Below the pieces are notes generated by a model. The model was not told the origin of the DNA. It did no database searches and saw only the letters and a program-made list of their open reading frames with translations. Position numbers and translations under genes: made by a program. From Acaryochloridaceae cyanobacterium VAR_48_metabat_390 (GTDB lineage Bacteria; Cyanobacteriota; Cyanobacteriia; Thermosynechococcales; Thermosynechococcaceae), in contig JANPLU010000093.1 in assembly GCA_031422435.1 (NCBI GenBank), positions 1 through 19,023 of the forward strand: 19,023 nucleotides of DNA, in the 5' to 3' direction. Of the stretch, positions 1 to 7,062 are shown one piece after another; the first letter of the stretch is position 1, and every line of letters begins with the position of its first letter.

Positions 1-381
1 CAGGCGATCGCGCAGGCTTTCCATCTGCTGTTTATTGACCAGCACTCCATTCACCCGTGATCGGCTTCGCAGCACACCCTGAGTGCTGGAAACCTCGCGG
101 CTACACACTAGAATGGATTCATCTAAGCCATCAATGTCGGCTTCTGTAAGCCAAGTTTGAAGGCGATCGCTCAGTTCAAAACTGGCTTCTAGAAACGCCT
201 TGGCTGCGCCTGTACGAATCATGCGGCTGTGCGCTTTCCCACCCAAGGCAAGGTCAAGGGCATCTAGAATAATGGACTTCCCGGCCCCGGTCTCCCCCGT
301 AAGGACATTCAGTCCGCGCCCAAAGGTCAGATCTAGATGATCGATGAGGGCAAAATTTTCAATTCGCAGAGAAACCAGCAT
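1..381 (-). CDS. recN: DNA repair protein RecN, 5' portion (runs off the left window edge)
   Basis: Manual translation from ATG at 381-379 gives MLVSLRIENFALIDHLDLTFGRGLNVLTGETGAGKSIILDALDLALGG, with the Walker A TGETGAGKS in the typical RecN N-terminal context. It is missing from the ORF track because it is truncated. Confidence 0.95.
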   Translation of the reverse strand, partial: MLVSLRIENFALIDHLDLTFGRGLNVLTGETGAGKSIILDALDLALGGKAHSRMIRTGAAKAFLEASFELSDRLQTWLTEADIDGLDESILVCSREVSSTQGVLRSRSRVNGVLVNKQQMESLRDRL

Positions 382-548
382 AGGCAGTCAGCGATTGATG
401 CGTCCAAAGCTCTAAACAGCGAAACTGTCTTTCAGGGTATCAAGGATTGAGAGAAAACAAATGGTGCATTGTGACAACCGACCCTAAGGCTACGTTCGGC
501 TGAGCCTCCCCACTGTTGCGCCCAATACCCAGAAACCTCCCTTTTGTT

Positions 549-586
549 GTTACAATCCTTTACATAAGACTTAAATTCAGTAATCT
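549..586 (+). promoter_or_regulatory. HLR1 (RpaB-binding) direct repeat overlapping a probable -35, with a -10 candidate TAATCT, upstream of the ABC1 kinase
   Basis: GTTACAAT-cc-TTTACATA at 549-566 matches (G/T)TTACA(T/A)(T/A)-N2-(G/T)TTACA(T/A)(T/A) exactly. TTTACA lies at 559-564 and TAATCT at 581-586 (16-nt spacer). Confidence 0.7.
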
Positions 587-662
587 GCACAAGCGATAAT
601 TGCGACAGCGCCTCCTACAGTGCAGATCTTCATTCACCTCCTTGCTCTTTACCGTGCAGATC

Positions 663-2663
663 ATGACGCTGGCAGAAAGCCCAAAACCACTGTTTTCAGA
701 AGATGAAGGCGATTTGCGTGTGGCAGAGGTGGTAGATTGGGTGCCGCCATCTCCTTTATCGTCTGCTCAGGCACCCCCCCCACGGGACACAACCGTACAG
801 CCTTACGATCCCGAACGGATTCGGCAGCAGTACCAAGGGCAGTGGCTTTTAGTGATGCAGCGCTGGCTCGCAATTTTGCTGCCTTTTGTGCGCTTTGTTT
901 TTTTTCAGTGGTGGGATTCTAAGACGGATCAGGCACGTAAAAATGAGCGATCGCGGGCTGTTTCCCTGCGAGAAATGCTGACGAATTTAGGGCCTGCCTT
1001 TATCAAAATTGGTCAGGCGCTGTCTACTCGTCCCGATATTTTGTCAGCAGCCTTTCTTGAAGAATTATCAAAGCTTCAAGATCAGATTCCACCCTTTGAT
1101 AATGCCGTTGCGTTTCGCTTTATTGAAGAAGAATTGGGCGCACCCTACTCCGATATCTACGACGAACTCAGCCCCGAACCGATCGCTGCCGCTTCTCTGG
1201 GGCAAGTCTACAAGGGACGGCTTAAAACGGGTGAAACCGTTGCTGTTAAAGTACAGCGACCCGACCTTGCGGAGCAAATCACGCTTGATATCTACATCAT
1301 TCGAGGCCTAGCAAGCTGGGCGCAGAAAGCCTTTAAGAAGAAGATTCGTACTGATTTAGCGGGCATCTTAGATGAGTTTGCGGGTCGTCTTTTTGAAGAG
1401 ATGGACTATATCCAAGAAGGTAAAAACTCCGAGCGCTTTATTGCCCTGTACGGCTATCTGCCCGATATTTATGTCCCTAGAATTTACTGGGAATATACCA
1501 ATACCCGCGTTCTCACTATGGAGTGGATTGTGGGTATTAAGCTCAACCAACCTGAGAAAATCTTGGCCCAGGGTATAGATGCAAGCCACCTCATTGATGT
1601 CGGTATTCAATGTTCTTTACGGCAGCTCCTAGAACACGGCTTTTTCCATGCCGACCCTCACCCTGGCAACCTCTTGGCGATGCCCAACGGCAAACTAGCC
1701 TACCTCGACTTCGGCATGATGAGCGAAATTAATGTGGAGCAGCGGTATGGACTGCTGAATGCGATCGTTCACATCGTTAACCGCGAGTTTGATTCTCTAG
1801 CCTATGACTACGTGCGTCTTGGCTTTCTGACCCCTGATGTAGATGTTTCGCCCATTGTCCCTGCGTTGGCAAAAATCTTTAACGATGCCCTTGGCTCTAG
1901 CGTGGCGGATCTCAACATTAATCGGATCTTTGAAGGTCTATCGGACGTAATGTATGAGTTCCCCTTTCGGGTACCTGCGTACTACGCGCTGATTGTGCGA
2001 TCGCTCATCACCATGGAAGGCATTGCCATGAGCGTTGACGCTAATTTTAAGGTGCTGAGCGCCGCCTATCCCTACGTGGCTAAGCGGCTGCTCACCGATA
2101 CCGCCCCTGAACTGCGAGCCAGCCTCAAAGATCTGCTCTTCAAAGACGAAAGCTTCCGCTGGAATCGACTCGAAAATCTGCTCAATAATGCCCGTAACGT
2201 TGAGAACTACGACCTCAACCAGGCATTAAATCAGGCCGTTGAGTTTTTGTTTTCAGAACGGGGTGACTTTATCCGCGATCGCCTTGCTGATGAACTCGTC
2301 AAAAACCTAGACCAGTTTGCTCAAGATACCCTCCAAAACTGGAGCCACCAGCTCAAAGAACGTTTGGGTTTAGCGACGCCTGCTGCAGTCCCCAGCACTG
2401 CCCTCGATCCTCAGTCCCTACGCACCAACGCGGAGCATATCCAGCGAATTTGGGGTCTACTCCAAGACACCCCTGGGTTTGATGCAGGCGCACTCATCCC
2501 TGTCCTTGCAAATGTGGTGATGCGCACAGAAGTACAGGCATTGGGCGCACAGGTGGCAACGGGTTTAGTTCAGCGCACAACAGCCCGTTTACTGCGAGAA
2601 TGGCTTTTGCCCAAGACCGCTGCTCCAGCGCTCAATCATTACGCACTTGCCTCAAAGCGATAG
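663..2663 (+). CDS. AarF/ABC1/UbiB-family atypical protein kinase
   Basis: Motifs FIKIGQALSTRPD, AAASLGQVYKG, VAVKVQRP, FFHADPHPGN and LDFGMM. ATG at 663 is preferred over the TTG at 600. Confidence 0.93.
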   Translation: MTLAESPKPLFSEDEGDLRVAEVVDWVPPSPLSSAQAPPPRDTTVQPYDPERIRQQYQGQWLLVMQRWLAILLPFVRFVFFQWWDSKTDQARKNERSRAVSLREMLTNLGPAFIKIGQALSTRPDILSAAFLEELSKLQDQIPPFDNAVAFRFIEEELGAPYSDIYDELSPEPIAAASLGQVYKGRLKTGETVAVKVQRPDLAEQITLDIYIIRGLASWAQKAFKKKIRTDLAGILDEFAGRLFEEMDYIQEGKNSERFIALYGYLPDIYVPRIYWEYTNTRVLTMEWIVGIKLNQPEKILAQGIDASHLIDVGIQCSLRQLLEHGFFHADPHPGNLLAMPNGKLAYLDFGMMSEINVEQRYGLLNAIVHIVNREFDSLAYDYVRLGFLTPDVDVSPIVPALAKIFNDALGSSVADLNINRIFEGLSDVMYEFPFRVPAYYALIVRSLITMEGIAMSVDANFKVLSAAYPYVAKRLLTDTAPELRASLKDLLFKDESFRWNRLENLLNNARNVENYDLNQALNQAVEFLFSERGDFIRDRLADELVKNLDQFAQDTLQNWSHQLKERLGLATPAAVPSTALDPQSLRTNAEHIQRIWGLLQDTPGFDAGALIPVLANVVMRTEVQALGAQVATGLVQRTTARLLREWLLPKTAAPALNHYALASKR

Positions 2664-2757
2664 TTAATTTCAATCCCTTGGTAAAATAAGAGTCTGTCTT
2701 GCTCGACATCGGCACCACTGGCGATGTAACCCCACCCAGATAACCAAGGAGAGAACG

Positions 2758-4056
2758 TTGCTTACGGACGCCTTTAAAACAACCAAGTCAGAAGAAATTT
2801 TTGCAGCCGCGCAGCATCTTATGCCAGGGGGCGTGAGTTCCCCCGTGCGGGCTTTTAAGTCTGTCGGCGGTCAACCCATCGTGTTTGACCACGTGAAGGG
2901 AGCCTACATCTGGGACGTAGATGGCAACCAGTACATCGACTATGTGGGTACCTGGGGGCCTGCCATCTGCGGTCACTCCCACCCTGAAGTGCTAGAAGCC
3001 CTGCGACAGGCACTAGACAAGGGCACCAGCTTTGGCGCACCGTGCCTCCTTGAGAACGTGCTGGCGCAAATGGTGATTGATGCCGTGCCCAGTATTGAAA
3101 TGGTGCGGTTTGTAAACTCCGGCACTGAAGCCTGTATGTCGGTATTGCGCCTCATGCGCGCCTTCACCGGACGAGAAAAAATCATCAAGTTTGAAGGGTG
3201 CTATCACGGCCACGCCGATATGTTTTTGGTGAAGGCTGGGTCTGGGGTGGCCACCCTAGGGTTACCCGATTCACCTGGGGTGCCCAAATCCACTGCCAGC
3301 AGTACGCTTACTGCTCCCTACAATGACCTCCAGGCTGTACGCGCCTTGTTTGAAGAAAACCCAGAGCAGATTGCTGGAGTCATTCTAGAACCCATGGTGG
3401 GCAATGCTGGCTTCATTGTGCCCGATGCCGGATTTTTGGCGGGGCTGCAAGAGCTAACCAAAGAATACGGCGCACTGCTGGTGTTTGACGAAGTGATGAC
3501 GGGCTTTAGGATTTCCTACGGTGGCGCTCAGGAGAAGTTTGGCATTACCCCAGACCTGACCACATTGGGGAAGGTCATTGGTGGCGGTCTACCTGTGGGA
3601 GCCTATGGGGGACGCAAGGACATCATGAGCATGGTGGCTCCGGCGGGGCCGATGTACCAAGCAGGGACGCTTTCGGGCAATCCTTTAGCGATGACGGCGG
3701 GCATTAAGACGCTGGAACTGCTGAATCGTCCTGGCACCTACGAACAGCTTGACCGCATTACGGGCAAACTGATTAAAGGGCTGCTCAGCGTTGCTAAAGC
3801 GTGTGGTCATGAAGCCTGTGGCGGACACATTAGCGGTATGTTTGGCCTGTTTTTTACAGCGGGTCCGGTGCACAATTTTGAGGATGCAAAGGCTGCGGAT
3901 GTGCAAAAGTTTGGGCGGTTCCATCGAGGCATGCTAGAGCGGGGCGTTTACCTGGCTCCGTCTCAGTTTGAGGCTGGGTTTATGTCGCTGGCTCATACGG
4001 ATGAGGATATTGACCGTACTCTAGAAGCCGCAAAGGCAGTGTTGTCTTCAATTTAG
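2758..4056 (+). CDS. hemL: Glutamate-1-semialdehyde 2,1-aminomutase
   Basis: [35 protein letters not shown] and the PLP lysine motif [22 protein letters not shown] start preceded by AAGGAGAG. Confidence 0.98.
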   Translation: MLTDAFKTTKSEEIFAAAQHLMPGGVSSPVRAFKSVGGQPIVFDHVKGAYIWDVDGNQYIDYVGTWGPAICGHSHPEVLEALRQALDKGTSFGAPCLLENVLAQMVIDAVPSIEMVRFVNSGTEACMSVLRLMRAFTGREKIIKFEGCYHGHADMFLVKAGSGVATLGLPDSPGVPKSTASSTLTAPYNDLQAVRALFEENPEQIAGVILEPMVGNAGFIVPDAGFLAGLQELTKEYGALLVFDEVMTGFRISYGGAQEKFGITPDLTTLGKVIGGGLPVGAYGGRKDIMSMVAPAGPMYQAGTLSGNPLAMTAGIKTLELLNRPGTYEQLDRITGKLIKGLLSVAKACGHEACGGHISGMFGLFFTAGPVHNFEDAKAADVQKFGRFHRGMLERGVYLAPSQFEAGFMSLAHTDEDIDRTLEAAKAVLSSI

Positions 4057-4080
4057 CGTATTGCTTTCAGACTTGCGGTT

Positions 4081-4120
4081 CTGTGCTCGTAGGTCAGTCA
4101 GTCATGATCTACGAGCGCAG
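4081..4120. terminator. Stem-loop between convergent hemL and the DUF58 gene; probable terminator or 3' stabiliser
   Basis: CTGTGCTCGTAGGTCA (4081-4096) pairs with TGATCTACGAGCGCAG (4105-4120): a 16-bp stem with two G-U pairs on the + strand. There is no clear U-tract. Confidence 0.55.
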
Positions 4121-4185
4121 GATAGGCGTCAGAGTACACCTTCTGATGCATCCACAAACTGCTCACTGGATTGACTGAATGTGGC

Positions 4186-5352
4186 CTAACCTCGCTGAAA
4201 GGGCGTTTGAAGTTGAACTTGCAGCGGAAGTACGGTGGAAATCACGGTTCCTACGTGGTTTGGCGGTGGTAGAAAGTCTGTTGTGCCAGGCTCTGTTTCG
4301 GAGGTGATCCCAGGCCAAAAAATGTAGCGACTGCCTATCGGAAGGGTTTTTAGACTTTCGGGATTTGCCGTCAGCCAAATTACGGATTGCTCTGGCAACT
4401 TTTTAACGATGGGCAGCGGCTCGATCTGTGCCAACACTTCTAAAGCGGGATGCATCCCCTGCACCAGTCCCCATTGCGGTGTCCAAAGTTGGGCCATGCC
4501 GTGGTGCTGTGTGGCGTAACAAAACAAAGATGCTGCTGCGATGACGGCCTGCTCAAAACTATCCGAATGCCAGTTGCTTTGAGTATCAAGGGCGACGATA
4601 AAAGTATTTTCACCGCCTAGGACTTCCATTTCTCGTACGCGCATGGCGTTAAAACGAGCGCTAGATCGCCAGTGAACCATTCGCATTGGGTCGCCTGTGC
4701 GATAGGGTCGCAGCGATCGCGTTGAGCCTTCGCTGCCCTTGCGAGAAAGAGGCACCTGCTGAAACTGCTGCCGTGTCGATAGCCCTATTTCTTCTAGAAG
4801 GGGGCAGCGAATGAGGGGCAAAATTCTAGGATACACCAGCACTTCAGCCTGAATTTTCTGGACTCGACGGCTCCAAAATAGCCCAAGGGGCGCACCTGTT
4901 CGCAGGGTTATTGTCTTCCATTGATAAAGCCCACGGCGCTCTGGGTTCAAGAAATAGTGCCAGCGGTAGGTGGCATGAGGGGAAATCGCCTCGACGATCT
5001 CCTTAGGGATCTCTCCAAGTCCCTGAGGTACCTGATCTTGAACTAGGAACAGTCCTTTCGGTTGAGCCGTTGGGTTGTGCAGGCTGATTTCTACTGAAAG
5101 GGATTCACCAACATGGAGATGAGAAAGCGGCGATCGCCTAATTTCAATCCCCTTTAAAATCCGCATTGGCATTGTGGCAGACAGCAGCAGTAGTGCAGCG
5201 CCTACACCACTCAAAACGTAGAGCCAGCCAGCCATGGTGTTTGCCGCAGCCAGCCAAAAGCAGAAGGTCAGACCCATTAACACCCAGCCTGCATAAGCAG
5301 GCACCGCACTGTGCGTTTCTAGCCAGGTTAATAGAGTCTTAGCAAGTTTCAT
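4186..5352 (-). CDS. DUF58 domain-containing membrane-anchored protein (MoxR-associated family)
   Basis: Two N-terminal hydrophobic helices (AAANTMAGWLY), RRGLYQW...APLGLF, VLVYP, and SLRPYRTGDPMRMVHWRSSAR, the DUF58 signature. ATG at 5352 (alternative TTG at 5361). Confidence 0.9.
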   Translation of the reverse strand: MKLAKTLLTWLETHSAVPAYAGWVLMGLTFCFWLAAANTMAGWLYVLSGVGAALLLLSATMPMRILKGIEIRRSPLSHLHVGESLSVEISLHNPTAQPKGLFLVQDQVPQGLGEIPKEIVEAISPHATYRWHYFLNPERRGLYQWKTITLRTGAPLGLFWSRRVQKIQAEVLVYPRILPLIRCPLLEEIGLSTRQQFQQVPLSRKGSEGSTRSLRPYRTGDPMRMVHWRSSARFNAMRVREMEVLGGENTFIVALDTQSNWHSDSFEQAVIAAASLFCYATQHHGMAQLWTPQWGLVQGMHPALEVLAQIEPLPIVKKLPEQSVIWLTANPESLKTLPIGSRYIFWPGITSETEPGTTDFLPPPNHVGTVISTVLPLQVQLQTPFQRG

Positions 5353-5539
5353 GGAGGGCAATTAGATTGAACAGGCTGTATTTACAATCATTCCCCAACG
5401 GATGACTGAAGCGGCATGAGTTAGTCAAAACAATACGGCGTTTTTAATATCCCAATTTTCTTGCTGACAGTCCCTGAGCTTAAATTTGCCATAAAAGCTA
5501 GTTCAAAACCAGCAGCGCTTTTACGAGAAAACCAGCCTA

Positions 5540-5596
5540 GAGTCTTAGAAGCCGTCTGTAAAGAAGTATTAAGAACTACCAGCCCATTGGCGTGTT
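5540..5596. repeat. Left 57-bp outer inverted-repeat arm flanking the IS1 element
   Basis: GAGTCTTAGAAGCCGTCTGTAAAGAAGTATTAAGAACTACCAGCCCATTGGCGTGTT is the reverse complement of 6500-6556 except at 5585/6511. Confidence 0.95.
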
Positions 5597-6499
5597 GGTT
5601 GTGCATCAAAATTTTGTAGGTTGAGATAAAGTTAGGGTGTAGTGTTTTCACGTCTAGGCAATGGAATATCCTCTGTGTGGTCACACTAAAGCGCATAAAC
5701 ATGGGAAGATGCCTAACGGATATCAGCGGTATTGTTGCCCTGTCTGCAATCAAACGTTTACGGAACGCTTTGATACACTCTATTACTATCGTCACGTTTC
5801 ACCAGAACAAATTCGTCAAGTCCTCCAAGCGCATAGTGAAGGCAGTAGTCTGAGAGGAATTAGCCGAATTACAGAACTTGCTTACAATACAGTCGTAAGT
5901 CTAGTTCGCTCAGCAAGTCATAAAGCTCAGATAGTTCACAATAGCGAGGTAAAACAGGTATAGACCGAAGACGTGAGTGCAGATGAAATGTGGTCATTTG
6001 TGCAAAAAAACAAAAGCAGTGTCTGCCCAGTGAAATAGAGGCAGGAGATTGCTGGATTGGCCTGAGTTTAGCTAATACTAATGGATTAATTTTGACAGCA
6101 CGAGTGGGCAAACATACTGATGAAATGCTGGAAGAACTGATTGTCAGTACCGAGGGCAAAACCGATTGCAAAGACTGGAATAGCGATGATTGGGGAGGGC
6201 GTGAGAGGGTATTGCCCCCTGAAATTCTCCACTACATCGGCAAGGACAAGACGCAACAATTGGAGCGTACCAATGGCATTGTCAGGCAACAGACGGGCAG
6301 ATGGCATCGAAGACAGAATAAGTTTGGCAAAGTATGGGAACAAACGAAAGTAACAACCCGATTAGTGGTGAGCTACTTTAACTGGATTTGGCAGCATAGC
6401 CGATTCAAGACGACGGCCGCTCAACGCGCAGGTTTAACAACGCATCCTTGGACTTGGAACGACCTGACAACTTTTTCTACAATAATTTGACGCACAACC
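5597..6499 (+). mobile_element. IS1-family insertion sequence, about 903 bp, with 23-bp imperfect terminal inverted repeats
   Basis: IRL GGTTGTGCATCAAAATTTTGTAG (5597-5619) and IRR CTACAATAATTTGACGCACAACC (6477-6499) match at 20/23 and begin with GGT like IS1 ends. They enclose insA/insB-like ORFs. The exact ends are inferred because the symmetry continues outward. Confidence 0.85.
5661..6490 (+). pseudogene. IS1-family transposase (InsA-InsB' fusion via -1 frameshift) interrupted by an in-frame TAG
   Basis: InsA has a zinc-ribbon/HTH region (KHGKMPNGYQRYCCPVC; EGSSLRGISRITELAYNTV). After TAG at 5961-5963 the same frame continues TEDVSADEMWSFVQK into the A-AAA-AAC slippery site (6005-6011). 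The -1 frame gives KQKQC...GDCWIG...SDDWGG...LERTNGIVRQQTGRWHRRQNKF (DDE domain). Confidence 0.85.
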
Positions 6500-6515
6500 A
6501 ACACGCCAATAGGCT
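6487..6515 (+). promoter_or_regulatory. Putative hybrid outward-facing promoter TTGACG-N17-TAGGCT pointing at the ABM-like gene
   Basis: -35 TTGACG (6487-6492) lies inside IRR, the spacer is exactly 17 nt, and -10 TAGGCT (6510-6515) lies in the outer arm. Confidence 0.5.
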
Positions 6516-6556
6516 GGTAGTTCTTAATACTTCTTTACAGACGGCTTCTAAGACTC
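6500..6556. repeat. Right 57-bp outer inverted-repeat arm flanking the IS1 element
   Basis: Reverse complement of 5540-5596 with one mismatch. Confidence 0.95.
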
Positions 6557-6614
6557 AAGAATCCCTGCTGCTTCGGCGCGAGGAGTGTCAAATTTTGTAT
6601 CCATCGAGCTTTCT

Positions 6615-6896
6615 ATGCAGCATGTTTTGATTATCCATGAGGTAGTAGACTACCCAGCTTGGAAACAAATTTTTGACGATGCCGCTGGCATCCGCAGAGA
6701 TGCTGGAGAACGCTCTTATCAGGTTCTCAAGTATCAGAATGACCCGAACAAGATTGTTCACTTCTCTGAGTGGACTTCCATCGATGATGCTAAGCGCTTT
6801 TTTGAATCTCCTCGACTCATCCAAATCAGAAGCGAAGCAGGGGTTCAATCGCCTAGTTTCATCTACCTAGAACAGCTTGAATCCGGTACTCTCTAA
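6615..6896 (+). CDS. Small antibiotic-biosynthesis-monooxygenase (ABM)-like / dimeric alpha-beta barrel protein, 93 aa
   Basis: MQHVLIIHEVVDYPAWKQIFDD...DPNKIVHFSEWTSIDDAKRFFES has the pattern of ABM/cyclase-like ferredoxin-fold proteins. ATG at 6615. Confidence 0.75.
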   Translation: MQHVLIIHEVVDYPAWKQIFDDAAGIRRDAGERSYQVLKYQNDPNKIVHFSEWTSIDDAKRFFESPRLIQIRSEAGVQSPSFIYLEQLESGTL

Positions 6897-7062
6897 ACAT
6901 CTCAAATTTTAGAAACAAAGCAGTCCGCAAGTTAATTAACATCAAACAGCAGAGCGCCACCCCAGAAAGTGCGACCTGTTTATCATTCCTGTGGTGCAGC
7001 TTTTCGTTTAAACTGCATACCGAAAAGCGGTTTAGTCTCCACTGCCTTTAACACAACCCTTT

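Noticed and set aside
382..600. LexA or NtcA box upstream of recN or the ABC1 kinase
   Set aside because: I found no RGTAC-N3-DGTWCB. The TGT...ACA at 548-564 has N11 spacing and lacks GTA-N8-TAC; HLR1 explains it better.
600..662. N-terminal extension of the ABC1 kinase from TTG 600
   Set aside because: It lies almost on the predicted TSS and does not look like conserved protein. ATG 663 is more plausible.
5421..5795. Minus-strand 124-aa ORF, and + ORF 6448-6630, sharing HNQHANxLVVLNTSLQTASKT
   Set aside because: The shared peptide is simply the translation of the 80-bp inverted repeat. Both ORFs start inside the IS and resemble no family I recognise.
5589..6507. 8-9 bp direct target-site duplication for IS1
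   Set aside because: The flanks GGCGTGTT and AACACGCC are reverse complements, not direct repeats. No direct repeat is present outside 5540/6556 either.
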